A DNA stretch of 64,000 bases from a virus. Below are positions 1 through 8,657 of this stretch, in pieces. Below the pieces are notes generated by a model. It made no database searches. It was not told where the DNA came from and was given only the letters and a program-made list of their open reading frames with translations. A program made the position numbers and the translations under genes. Location of the stretch: the IMG/VR virus record IMGVR_UViG_3300012164_000002, positions 13,745 to 77,744 of that record. One strand, written 5' to 3'. Each line of letters begins with the position of its first letter. Position 1 is the first letter of the stretch.

Positions 1-1
1 T

Positions 2-376
2 CTCGCCAAAAAGAAGGGCCCGGTCTGCCTCGCCGCCAACATCGACTGCACCTCGACGGGCATCGATCTCACGTTCGCGAGCATCGGGGTTATCGCCGAG
101 CTCGTGTGGGAGCCTCGAGAGCTCGTGCAGTGGGAAGCGCGCCTGCACCGGTTCGGTCAGCAGGAGCCAGTGCTCATTCAGTACGTCATCGCGCGCGGTA
201 CCGGCGACGAGCTCATCCTCCAGGCGGTCATCAACAAGCTCGACAACTTCCTCGATCTCTTCGAGACCGACAAGGGCGACGGGCTCAAGGAAACGCTCGC
301 CGGCGACAAGGACGAGGGCCTCTCCCGGCTCGCCGCGGCGCTCAAGAAGATGGGCAAGAAAGCGAAGGCGGCATGA
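2..376 (+). CDS. SNF2-like helicase, C-terminal domain (5' truncated)
   Basis: TGIDLT..W.P....QWEARLHRFGQ..PVLIQYVIARGT matches helicase motifs V/VI; frame is open from the window start. Confidence 0.8.
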   Translation, partial: LAKKKGPVCLAANIDCTSTGIDLTFASIGVIAELVWEPRELVQWEARLHRFGQQEPVLIQYVIARGTGDELILQAVINKLDNFLDLFETDKGDGLKETLAGDKDEGLSRLAAALKKMGKKAKAA

Positions 377-642
377 ACGAGCAAGAACTTCGAGAATTCC
401 GAGAGCTGGCTATCGCCGCATGCGACGTCTTCCTTTGGCGTATCAGCATCGGCGGCGGGTACGGCGACTTCCGTTACATCGGAACTCCGGAGGAGGCCGA
501 AGAGCGTCGATACACCAAGGCGCTCTGGGAAGGCGCCGTAGGCCGAAAACAGAAGCTCAACTTGATCACCGCTGAGATCAACCCGGAGTACTACTGTCGG
601 TATATCGAAGAAGGGGCTTTCGACGGCGGTGCGTACACATGA
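373..642 (+). CDS. hypothetical protein
   Basis: ATGA coupling at both ends; MNEQELREF... Confidence 0.55.
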   Translation: MNEQELREFRELAIAACDVFLWRISIGGGYGDFRYIGTPEEAEERRYTKALWEGAVGRKQKLNLITAEINPEYYCRYIEEGAFDGGAYT

Positions 643-899
643 AACGATCGTTCGAAAAGTTTGCCGCCCGGCTCCGAGAGATCGGGCTCTACGACAAGAT
701 CGAGAAGATGGCGCTCGGCGCCCACGTGTCGATGAACGAGCTCTACGAGGGGCCGCGTACTATGTCGACGAGCGCCGCTCGGAGGGCCGTGTACTTGTGG
801 CTCAGGGACAAGGGTAAAGGGATCAAAGAGATCGCTCGTCTTTTCGATAGAACTCCGAGCGGGATCCATCGAATGACGCGGGAAAAGGACGAGGCATGA
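639..899 (+). CDS. HTH DNA-binding protein (DnaA C-terminal-like)
   Basis: SAARRAVYLWLRDKGKGIKEIARLFDRTPSGIHRM. Confidence 0.6.
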   Translation: MKRSFEKFAARLREIGLYDKIEKMALGAHVSMNELYEGPRTMSTSAARRAVYLWLRDKGKGIKEIARLFDRTPSGIHRMTREKDEA

Positions 900-1321
900 G
901 CCACACGTGTCACGCTCCAGACTGCAATCGCATCGTTCCGGCGAGAATGTTCGCTTGCAAGTTCCACTGGTACAAGCTCCCGAAGAAGATCCAGGACGCG
1001 ATCTGGGATGAGTACCGGAATGGGCAGGAGATCACGAAGCGCCCGACCTTCCGATACATGGCCGTGCAACGGCTCGCGTGCGCGTACTTGGTGTTCGAGC
1101 CGCACAGCGAGAAGGCGGTCCGCAAGGCGCTTCCGTACCTCGCCGAGGCGATACGCTACCAGAAAGCGGCGATTGAAGCGGGACTCGGCGATCCGCTCGA
1201 GAACCTCATTCCGAAGGAGTGGCCGACTAAGGAATCGCTCGAGAAAGCGGCGACGCGGCCGGCTGCTCGACTGGGCAAGCCCCCGGTGAAGAAGGCGAGA
1301 GGGAGGGCTAAGACGCTGTGA
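896..1321 (+). CDS. hypothetical protein with Cys/His N-terminus
   Basis: HTCHAPDC...ACKFHW, a phage-type Zn-binding start; coupled to neighbours. Confidence 0.6.
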   Translation: MSHTCHAPDCNRIVPARMFACKFHWYKLPKKIQDAIWDEYRNGQEITKRPTFRYMAVQRLACAYLVFEPHSEKAVRKALPYLAEAIRYQKAAIEAGLGDPLENLIPKEWPTKESLEKAATRPAARLGKPPVKKARGRAKTL

Positions 1322-1548
1322 AAGATCTATTCGTAATGGTTCGCGGGGACGCTCGGGTGTGGCGCTTGGCGTCTTACGCCGCGAACGAGTTGTATCTCGT
1401 GCTTTCGGGCCAGTTAGGCTTCAGGCGCGCGCCGAAGAGCGAGTGCCGCGTGGGAACTGCGCGCGATTGGCAGAACTCGAGGCGGTGCTCCAAAGCGTGG
1501 CGTGAAGGCGGCGGAGAGATGTTCGCTGAAAGGAGAGCTCGGGCATGA
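1318..1548 (+). CDS. hypothetical protein
   Basis: GTGA/ATGA coupling fills the operon gap. Confidence 0.4.
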   Translation: MKDLFVMVRGDARVWRLASYAANELYLVLSGQLGFRRAPKSECRVGTARDWQNSRRCSKAWREGGGEMFAERRARA

Positions 1549-2408
1549 TCGCGCGACCGTTTCTCAAGTGGGCCGGCGGCAAGACTGCGCTTCTGCCGGA
1601 GATCCTTCCGCGCCTGCCGAAGAAGATCAACACGTACTACGAGCCGTTCGTCGGCGGCGGGGCGGTGTTCTTCGCGCTCGCGGCGGAGAAGCGGTTCGAG
1701 GGAGCGAACATCTCGGACGTGAACTCGGAGCTCGTAGAGGCCTACTCGACCGTCGGCGCGGATCCGAAAGGCGTCATCAAAGTTTTGAAGCGGCACGCGA
1801 AGAAACATTGCGAGGATCACTACTACGCCATCCGCGCGCTCAACCACACGAAACTTAGCCGCATAGAGCGTGCTGCGCGCACGATCTATCTCAACCGCAC
1901 TGGTTTCAACGGGCTCTACCGCGTCAATCGGAAGGGGCTCTTCAACGTGCCGTTTGGCGACTATGCGAACCCGACGATCTGTAACGAGGAGAATCTGATC
2001 GCCGTTTCAAGCTTGCTCATAGCGAAGCTCGGCGCAGCGGCGTGGAACGACGACTTCACGGTGGGCGTCGCGATACGAGACTTTGAGATCGCCGTGTCGG
2101 ACGCGAAGCGCGGCGACGCCGTGTACTTCGATCCGCCTTACGTACCCGTGTCGAAGACGGCGAACTTCACAGCCTATTCGAAGGGCGGTTTCAACGACGA
2201 GGAACAGGCGCGACTTCGCGACTGCTTCGCGCGACTCTACAAGCGTGGCGTGCACGTGCTGCTCTCGAACAGCGACACGCCGTTCGTGCGAAAGCTCTAC
2301 AAGGGGTTCAAGCTCGAGAAGGTTCAAGCTCCACGTCGAATCAACTCGAAGGGCGGCAAGCGCGGCAATGTCGGCGAACTGCTCATTACCGGGAGGCATG
2401 CACCATGA
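1545..2408 (+). CDS. dam: DNA adenine methyltransferase (Dam/D12 class)
   Basis: FLKWAGGK, YYEPFVGGGAVFF, YLNRTGFNGLYRVN and YFDPPY motifs. Confidence 0.92.
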   Translation: MIARPFLKWAGGKTALLPEILPRLPKKINTYYEPFVGGGAVFFALAAEKRFEGANISDVNSELVEAYSTVGADPKGVIKVLKRHAKKHCEDHYYAIRALNHTKLSRIERAARTIYLNRTGFNGLYRVNRKGLFNVPFGDYANPTICNEENLIAVSSLLIAKLGAAAWNDDFTVGVAIRDFEIAVSDAKRGDAVYFDPPYVPVSKTANFTAYSKGGFNDEEQARLRDCFARLYKRGVHVLLSNSDTPFVRKLYKGFKLEKVQAPRRINSKGGKRGNVGELLITGRHAP

Positions 2409-2746
2409 AGCCGCTCGAAGAAGCGCTCGTTCGTTTGCGCCAAGAGTTCCCCGGCGAATCGCTCTACGAGGTCACTGTCCGTGTTCAAAAAGGCGAGCGC
2501 TCTGGGATCGAGCGGGAGAAGTGGGGCGGCGTTTCTTGGGAGATCCGGCTTAGCAGCGACACCGAGTACGGCGCGACGCTCGAGGTCGCTATAGCCAAAG
2601 TCTACAAGAGGCGCGCTGCCGAAGCGCAGATCCCGGCGAGGGCGGAACGGATTGCGGCCATCCTTCGCGAGGTGCCCAGCGAGGGTTTCGATCGGGAGCA
2701 CGTGGTGATGGCCGCACGGGCGATCTTGAACAGAGAGGGCACCTGA
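2405..2746 (+). CDS. hypothetical protein
   Basis: Coupled ORF, 113 aa. Confidence 0.5.
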   Translation: MKPLEEALVRLRQEFPGESLYEVTVRVQKGERSGIEREKWGGVSWEIRLSSDTEYGATLEVAIAKVYKRRAAEAQIPARAERIAAILREVPSEGFDREHVVMAARAILNREGT

Positions 2747-3006
2747 TGAAACAAGAAGTCGCTACCGCGATCGTGCTGGCCTCGATGTCGGATCGCGAAG
2801 TGCTCGAGGCCTATCAGGTCGCGGCGAAGACGAAGGATCCGCTCGTTAGGCAGCTCGGTCGAGAGCTGCTAGTTCGATTCCACCGAGCGAATCCGGCGTA
2901 CTTCACGCGCGAGATGATCGACAGGTACGACTCGGGCGAGCCGCTAATACCTAGGGAGGTTTCTCGTTCCGAGGACGTACAAGAAGAGAAGGACGGTTCC
3001 CGATGA
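2746..3006 (+). CDS. hypothetical protein
   Basis: TGATG coupling, 86 aa. Confidence 0.45.
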   Translation: MKQEVATAIVLASMSDREVLEAYQVAAKTKDPLVRQLGRELLVRFHRANPAYFTREMIDRYDSGEPLIPREVSRSEDVQEEKDGSR

Positions 3007-3635
3007 GGCGCTTCAATCTAGTTGTACTTTTGGCGTTCGCGTGTGGCTGTAGTGGCGAGGGCTTCACCACCGCTGGCCTGGCGGCCCTCGATGCGGCCGA
3101 TTCGGCGCCCGGCACCGGCGGCGTAGCAGCGACCGGCGGAGCCTCGGGAACGGGCGGCGCGTCGACTGGCGGCAAGGTTTCAACCGGGGGCGCTCCGGAG
3201 GCCGACGCCGGCGACAGCGCTCCACCGTCGTCTGGCGGACAGCCGGGTACCGGCGGCTCGCCTCAAACTGGAGGCGCACCTACTACCGGTGGAGCTCCAG
3301 CGACGGGTGGCGCTCCGAACACCGGCGGCGCGCAGAGCACTGGGGGCGCTGCCGTCGACGCTTGCGCGCTCGTCACGCACGACAACGGCCTCGGGGCGAT
3401 GTGGGAAGACTGCGTGCCGCTTGGCACCTACAGCCTCGAGCAAGCGATGAAGGCATGCAAGGCGTCCGGCGCCGCTTCGTGCACGAAGTCTATGGGATGC
3501 GGCGGCGACAACGAGACGGTGTACGGGCTCACGCTTGGCTCGCTCTTCGCGCACTGGGGCTACGGAAGCGTCAACGCTGGTTACGTCAACGACACGAGCG
3601 TTTGCCCGCACGACGGCGATCCGCGCTGGAACTAG
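3003..3635 (+). CDS. lipoprotein with TGGAP low-complexity linker and Cys-rich C-terminal domain
   Basis: Signal peptide/lipobox LLAFACGC; TGGA(P/S) repeats; 6-Cys C-terminal domain. Confidence 0.7.
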   Translation: MRRFNLVVLLAFACGCSGEGFTTAGLAALDAADSAPGTGGVAATGGASGTGGASTGGKVSTGGAPEADAGDSAPPSSGGQPGTGGSPQTGGAPTTGGAPATGGAPNTGGAQSTGGAAVDACALVTHDNGLGAMWEDCVPLGTYSLEQAMKACKASGAASCTKSMGCGGDNETVYGLTLGSLFAHWGYGSVNAGYVNDTSVCPHDGDPRWN

Positions 3636-4258
3636 CGCGGCGGCGCCGGATCTGTCGGAGCGTCGTGTGCCGCCGGCTCGAGTAGCAGCATCTCCTCAGC
3701 CGACTTGACGATCACGTCGTTGAGCTCGCCCTCGGTATCGAACGCCGGATCGATCTCATCTTCCTCGTCGTTCACGGGCGCACCGGAGTCGGGAGTACCG
3801 CGGTACAGATGTCCGACGGAGAGTGCGACTAGGCCGCCTTGCGGGAACATGTCGCAGATCGAAGCGACTAGTACGCGGGCTAGAGCGTCGATTCCTTCGC
3901 CTCCTTGAGCGACGTTGGCGAACAAGTAGTTCGAGATGAAGCCCGGCTCGACCAAGATCGCCGGGCACCGGTAGAACTTGATGTTGAACTCGCCGCGCGG
4001 CGGCCCGACGGAGATGCCGGCTTTCTTGTTGCCGAACGTTCCCGCTACGCGATCGATGTAGTCGCGGCCCCAAGCTTTGCTCTTGTCCGAGCCGTTCTTC
4101 GCGATGAGTGCCGTCGCGTAGTTGACGTGCTTGTCCGTCGTAGCGTTGAGGTGCTGCTCGACGGCGGCGACGCACCCAGCTTGATTCGCCTCGATCTGCC
4201 GCTGGTAGAGCGGCCCTCGGGCGCGCCAAACATGCCAGTGTTTGCCGTCGATTCTCAT
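3632..4258 (-). CDS. N-acetylmuramoyl-L-alanine amidase (Amidase_3), circularly permuted; endolysin
   Basis: RQIEAN..EQHLNA, PAILVEPGFISN, then LSVGH..DSGA..EGELN at the C-terminus; ATG coupled to upstream stop. Confidence 0.8.
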   Translation of the reverse strand: MRIDGKHWHVWRARGPLYQRQIEANQAGCVAAVEQHLNATTDKHVNYATALIAKNGSDKSKAWGRDYIDRVAGTFGNKKAGISVGPPRGEFNIKFYRCPAILVEPGFISNYLFANVAQGGEGIDALARVLVASICDMFPQGGLVALSVGHLYRGTPDSGAPVNDEEDEIDPAFDTEGELNDVIVKSAEEMLLLEPAAHDAPTDPAPPR

Positions 4259-4425
4259 GGGGGCAGTCCGTGCGGCACTGCTGCCGGGGGCTCCGCGCCG
4301 ATGGGCGGCATCTTGGGCGTCTGGCTGGCGCCGCACCGCGCCGCTGCGACCGTAACCGTAACGATTGTGAGGACTAGCAGGGCCGCCAGCGCGATGTCGC
4401 GACCCGTAGAGATGTGGGCGATCAC
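4255..4425 (-). CDS. small membrane protein (lysis accessory?)
   Basis: GTG after GGAAGG; TM segment IALAALLVLTIVTVTVAAARC; Pro-rich tail. Confidence 0.45.
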   Translation of the reverse strand: MIAHISTGRDIALAALLVLTIVTVTVAAARCGASQTPKMPPIGAEPPAAVPHGLPP

Positions 4426-4471
4426 GCGAGATCCTTCCACTGAGTTATACGGTCGGCTAGGATAACGGGCA

Positions 4472-4861
4472 ATGGAGTTTGGAACCAAGCTCGAGTTCGA
4501 ACCCGGCATCCCGCAGGACTTGCAAGCGGATATCCAAAACCTTCTGCCCGCCGAGGATCTCTTCGCGGCGTACCGTTTGGGGCAGATGACGTACCGCACG
4601 AACGACATCGTGCTCGTCGTCGCGCGTCACGACACTGAGGTGATCAACGCCTTCCCTCGCGGTCAGTACGTGAAGGCCGCGTTGAAGAACGACGAAGCCA
4701 GACGAAGATCGCGGATCGCACATAAGTCCGCACATCAAGTCGCGTTGCTCCCCGTCGAGTCGCCCGCCTTCTGGCTCGTCGTAGAAGATCGCGGATTGCC
4801 CGTTCCGGTCACGTTCGTGCTCTTCGGCACGCAGTACGCGACCGCTGCCGCAGCAAACTGA
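4472..4861 (+). CDS. hypothetical protein
   Basis: 129-aa ORF with TAGGAT 8 nt before ATG. Confidence 0.6.
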   Translation: MEFGTKLEFEPGIPQDLQADIQNLLPAEDLFAAYRLGQMTYRTNDIVLVVARHDTEVINAFPRGQYVKAALKNDEARRRSRIAHKSAHQVALLPVESPAFWLVVEDRGLPVPVTFVLFGTQYATAAAAN

Positions 4862-4874
4862 AAGGGAAGGCTCG

Positions 4875-5120
4875 ATGGCGAACGCGAAAACTGGAATCTG
4901 GGCCGCGGTCGGCGCGGTACTAGGCGGCGTTGCCGGCGCGTTCGCCGGTCGAGCCGCAGCGACGATACGCCCGCGCGTTCGATACTTCGCGAATCGAGCC
5001 GCCGCTGTCGAGGACGCGATGGTAGTCGGTGGGGCGGCGGGCTCGGTGGTCGGCGCATTCATTGGAGGCGCGGTAGGCGGCGAGGACACTCCGCCGACAC
5101 CGCCGCAGTTGCAACGATGA
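4875..5120 (+). CDS. glycine-zipper membrane protein
   Basis: Two GxxxG hydrophobic segments; RBS GGGAAGG. Confidence 0.6.
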   Translation: MANAKTGIWAAVGAVLGGVAGAFAGRAAATIRPRVRYFANRAAAVEDAMVVGGAAGSVVGAFIGGAVGGEDTPPTPPQLQR

Positions 5121-5299
5121 GCGCCAAGAAGAAAGATCTGCCGGGCTGGTTTCCATTCGCGATGGCTACGACCGTAGTAGTCGGGCTCCTCAGCGGTGCG
5201 CGATCACGCTGGAAGCTCCTCGAGCCGGAGTCGCCGCCCGCTCCACCCGAGCCGGGTGTGAAAGGCTCGGGCTCGTCCTACGAAGTCTACTGGCCCTGA
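5117..5299 (+). CDS. small membrane protein
   Basis: One hydrophobic segment; ATGA coupling. Confidence 0.5.
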   Translation: MSAKKKDLPGWFPFAMATTVVVGLLSGARSRWKLLEPESPPAPPEPGVKGSGSSYEVYWP

Positions 5300-5484
5300 T
5301 CGGGCTTCGGCGGCACCGGCGTCTTCAAGTCCGCCAGAAACTCTTGGAGCTGCTGATCGAGCTTGTGCGTCGCATCGGTAGCACTCTTGTCGATCTTCTC
5401 GACCGTCTTCTTGTAGACCTTCACTGTCGGGTGCTGCCCGCTCGAGGCCGACCGTTTCGGCTTGAGCGATGCGCGCTCCGTCAC
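5287..5484 (-). CDS. hypothetical protein
   Basis: GTG overlaps the stop of the putative holin. Confidence 0.45.
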   Translation of the reverse strand: MTERASLKPKRSASSGQHPTVKVYKKTVEKIDKSATDATHKLDQQLQEFLADLKTPVPPKPDQGQ

Positions 5485-5750
5485 CCTCTGCCTCCAAACG
5501 AGGCGCGCCCGTGCACGGGCCAATTCTTCTTCATCTCGTCCAAGATGTCGCCGAGCCTGTTCACGGCCTCGATGACTTGAGATTGAAGCTTGAGCGCGAG
5601 CTCGGTGTAGTTTTTGGCGTCGTCGATTCGCGCGAGGCGTTCCGCTTGAAGCTCACGATCTTTGCTCCATGCGACCCACCCGACGACGATCAGCAGGACG
5701 CCGAGCAGACCTTGTGACGCTATCGACGTGACAGCCGAGGCTGGTTCCAC
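5481..5750 (-). CDS. putative holin (single TM plus coiled coil)
   Basis: QGLLGVLLIVVGWVAW TM followed by amphipathic helix; upstream of the amidase on the same strand. Confidence 0.55.
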   Translation of the reverse strand: MEPASAVTSIASQGLLGVLLIVVGWVAWSKDRELQAERLARIDDAKNYTELALKLQSQVIEAVNRLGDILDEMKKNWPVHGRASFGGRG

Positions 5751-5768
5751 ATTCGAAAGCCTAGCACC

Positions 5769-6011
5769 TCAGCGCACTTGCCCCCACACCCCTTGATCGC
5801 TCAGGTGTTCGAGCTGGTCGAGCGCGTGACACGTGAAGTTACGAAAGTACCCCGTGAGGGAGCACGCGCGCATGAAAGAGTCCGTTCCGAGGTGTGCCTG
5901 GTACACCTGTTCGGCGCGTTCGCGTGTCTCACCGTAGAAGACGTGCGTGAGAACGGGCTCGGTGTCTTCGCCTTCGTAGATGTGCTGGACGATGCGCCAC
6001 CGCTTGCGCAT
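5769..6011 (-). CDS. hypothetical protein
   Basis: MRKRWRIVQHIYEG...; coupled to upstream stop. Confidence 0.5.
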   Translation of the reverse strand: MRKRWRIVQHIYEGEDTEPVLTHVFYGETRERAEQVYQAHLGTDSFMRACSLTGYFRNFTCHALDQLEHLSDQGVWGQVR

Positions 6012-6799
6012 CACGCCGCTTTCGGTTGCTTCCGCGGGACGTAGTAGACGATGAGCGCGCCCCCGACCAGCACGGCGGTCATGGCCGCGGCGATGCCGAC
6101 CCAGCGAGCCGTCTTCGGAAGATCGGCCGCCGTGTCCTTCAACCCTTGAGCCGTCGCCTGCGCTACGTCGGCCGCTGTGGCGAGCGATTCGCCGTAGCCG
6201 TAGCCAATGATCTGGAGAATCCCCTTCGTTGCGATGTAGGCGCCTTGGATTCGCGAGATGATCTCCTGCTGCGCGCCGAACGTCGGTAGCGGGGGAAGTT
6301 GAACCGGGATCTCCCACTGCTTCGCGATCGAGAGGAGCCGATCCTTGTCCGGTCCGCCGACGTTGAGCACGACGTCTTGGTGCCACTTGAGCATCGGCCC
6401 GGCGCCGGTGAGTATCTCGGCGCTCGACTTGTTCTGCCAAGCGTTCCACCGCGGCAGGATGCCGTCGGGATCGGTCGTGCTCACCATCTTGCGTGTGAGC
6501 GCGAGCGCAGCGCACCAGGACGCTTTCCAGTATTCGAGGTTTTTGATCTGCTCGTTCGTGAAGATCCCCGGAGGGCACCACTGAATCTCGGCCGCGTTTT
6601 CGAAGCGTTGATTCAAGTCGCGCCAGAGCTCGAGGTGCGCTTGGATGAACGGCTCCCACTCTTGTCGAAACGCGAGCAAGTCTCCGACGTCGCCGAGCCC
6701 GACGCCGCTCATTCCGAATCGGATGACGCGATGACCGTCGAGATAGATCCCCTCATTGTTGATGAGCGGGCAGCCGCCGAGAAAAACCATCTCGTTCAT
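6011..6799 (-). CDS. putative virion membrane protein (C-terminal TM)
   Basis: C-terminal TM followed by PRKQPK; N-terminal FGMSGVGLGD motif. Confidence 0.65.
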   Translation of the reverse strand: MNEMVFLGGCPLINNEGIYLDGHRVIRFGMSGVGLGDVGDLLAFRQEWEPFIQAHLELWRDLNQRFENAAEIQWCPPGIFTNEQIKNLEYWKASWCAALALTRKMVSTTDPDGILPRWNAWQNKSSAEILTGAGPMLKWHQDVVLNVGGPDKDRLLSIAKQWEIPVQLPPLPTFGAQQEIISRIQGAYIATKGILQIIGYGYGESLATAADVAQATAQGLKDTAADLPKTARWVGIAAAMTAVLVGGALIVYYVPRKQPKAA

Positions 6800-7002
6800 T
6801 GGCGCCTTTCTCGAACGGTACGCACGAATTCGTCAAGCGCCCACGTCGTTGTCGCGCCGAGCACGCTCGTGACGAGCGCAACTGTCCAGGGCGACGGGCC
6901 CGAGGCCGCGGCGGCCGGCGCTACGAGCGCTTCTTGACCGAAGCCTATGACGGGCGCGTCGCCTAGGAAGATCGGCTGCTCGACGATCACGACTTCCCCC
7001 AC
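6796..7002 (-). CDS. small virion membrane protein
   Basis: FLGDAPVIGFGQE motif followed by a hydrophobic segment. Confidence 0.55.
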   Translation of the reverse strand: MGEVVIVEQPIFLGDAPVIGFGQEALVAPAAAASGPSPWTVALVTSVLGATTTWALDEFVRTVRERRQ

Positions 7003-7406
7003 GTGACTAGAGTGGCGACCGTTCCGACGGCGAGGCTAGCCACTGTGAGGACCGTGGCGGCTCGCTCCCATCCGCTTCGGCTTTCGGGGGCTGTGACGCC
7101 GGCGCCTTCGGCCGCGCCCGCCGGGAGAAAGATGCCGCCAGTGCGGAAGCATCCCTGGACGAGGTTCCCTTGATCGTCGCGCCCCCACACGCGCGGCTCG
7201 ACGCGAATGAGCGTCGTTATCCCAGGCAGCGGATAGCTTTCGGTCGATCCGAGCGCCACCGTTTCATCGAGCGATAGCGCTTGCGCCCGCTTCATCAAAG
7301 CGTCGGGCACTGGTCCGTCGGCGTCGGTCCATGGACGCCACCCGTCTGGAGACGGCACGCGCGGACACTGCGCTGCGAGCGCCGATCCGGCGCCAAACTG
7401 GGCCAT
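6987..7406 (-). CDS. membrane-anchored protein, paralogue of 35416..35853
   Basis: PSPDGWR domain plus C-terminal TM. Confidence 0.65.
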   Translation of the reverse strand: MAQFGAGSALAAQCPRVPSPDGWRPWTDADGPVPDALMKRAQALSLDETVALGSTESYPLPGITTLIRVEPRVWGRDDQGNLVQGCFRTGGIFLPAGAAEGAGVTAPESRSGWERAATVLTVASLAVGTVATLVTWGKS

Positions 7407-7431
7407 CCCGAACGAGTTTACGTGCGACGTC

Positions 7432-7461
7432 TTGACACGTCCAGTCGGCCTGGAGCAGTAT
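7432..7461 (+). promoter_or_regulatory. sigma70-like promoter for the rightward operon
   Basis: TTGACA at 7432; weak -10 (CAGTAT); TCCAG/CTGGA inverted repeat in the spacer; divergent from 7406(-). Confidence 0.4.
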
Positions 7462-7492
7462 TCCAGAAGGGATACAAAGGTAGTACCGACGG

Positions 7493-7693
7493 ATGCCCCC
7501 CGCGAAACCCGGTAGGACTAGGAAAGCGCAGATCAAAGTCACGTCCGAGCAGTATCGAATCATCGAGCAGCGCGCCGAACGGTGCAAGATGAGCCTGAGC
7601 GCATGGGCCCGCGCGATTCTGCTCCAAGCTGCTACTCGACCCGCGCAGGACGGCCACCTGCGCATCAAAGAACCGGACGGAGCGCTCACGTGA
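7493..7693 (+). CDS. ribbon-helix-helix regulator (MobC/CopG-like)
   Basis: QIKVTSEQYRIIEQRAERCKMSLSAWARAILL. Confidence 0.7.
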   Translation: MPPAKPGRTRKAQIKVTSEQYRIIEQRAERCKMSLSAWARAILLQAATRPAQDGHLRIKEPDGALT

Positions 7694-8253
7694 CGATAAC
7701 CAAAAAGGGGCTGTTGGGGGTCGACAGTCCGGGCGATCAAAAGATCGGGGTTACGATCCGCAATTGGATCGGGCTTCAACTAGCTCTCTGGCGCAGCAAG
7801 GTCTCGTGGGATATCGCGCATCGAGCAGCGCAAGAGATCGTGGATCGCTGCGAGCACGTAGACGGGTGTCCTGGCTTGGAGGACGAATCGGCGCCTTGCA
7901 TCTCCGACAGGTACGAGCAGCCGCCGGAAGAAGGCGCGCCTGCCGTGCTCGTCGACAAGGGCTGCCCCGATCGCGAGCAGCGCATGAGCGCGCTCGTCAT
8001 TCTGAACGCCGCCCGTAGATTCGCGCCGATTGAGGCTAGACAACCGGCGCATCAACCTTACTTTGCCCCAAGCCGTGAATACTTCAGTGAGGTGCTCGCA
8101 GATCTCTTGGCCACGCAGGCCGAGCGCGATGCACTCCGCGCGGCGCTCGGGATCGAGACGCCAGCGCCCGAGCCTCCACCGAACGACGTGAAACCCGCGC
8201 TCTCGGCGCCCGTGGCGCGGCTTCCAGCACCGCAACAGAAGGAGTCACCGTGA
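7690..8253 (+). CDS. hypothetical protein
   Basis: GTGA coupling to the RHH gene; 187 aa. Confidence 0.6.
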   Translation: MTITKKGLLGVDSPGDQKIGVTIRNWIGLQLALWRSKVSWDIAHRAAQEIVDRCEHVDGCPGLEDESAPCISDRYEQPPEEGAPAVLVDKGCPDREQRMSALVILNAARRFAPIEARQPAHQPYFAPSREYFSEVLADLLATQAERDALRAALGIETPAPEPPPNDVKPALSAPVARLPAPQQKESP

Positions 8254-8657
8254 AACTAGTCGCTAGGCGTAACGAGATCATAGGCCGCCTCATTCAAGAG
8301 AAGCCCTCGTCGTCGATTGTTCGACCGGACGAAACCAAAGGAGTGACCAAGTACGTATTGGTCGACTCCGTCGGCCCCGATGCCGCCGCGGCAGGTATCA
8401 AGATCGGGCACGTGGTGCTCTCGCGAATGATCCACGACATCTGGATAGACGGCGGCTTCGGCTTCAGACCGCTAGTGATGGAGCCGAACGCCGCAGCCGT
8501 TTGGGAGGACGCTCGCCCCGAGGACATGTTGATTCAAGTCAACAGCGGTAAGCAGTACGTGCCGCTCGATCATCCGGAGGCAGCGAAACCGATCGCCGGC
8601 CCCGCTCAGGGTCCAAGCAACGGACATCACGACCACGTCTCGGGAGCACCGGCATGA
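8250..8657 (+). CDS. divergent GroES/Cpn10-like co-chaperonin
   Basis: MKLVARRNEIIGRL..SSIVRP..VDSVGP..IKIGHVVL follows the GroES pattern. Confidence 0.6.
   Translation: MKLVARRNEIIGRLIQEKPSSSIVRPDETKGVTKYVLVDSVGPDAAAAGIKIGHVVLSRMIHDIWIDGGFGFRPLVMEPNAAAVWEDARPEDMLIQVNSGKQYVPLDHPEAAKPIAGPAQGPSNGHHDHVSGAPA

Noticed and set aside
1545-2408. Dam as part of a restriction-modification or defence system
   Set aside because: No cognate endonuclease nearby. Orphan Dam is common in phages, and its specificity cannot be read from sequence.
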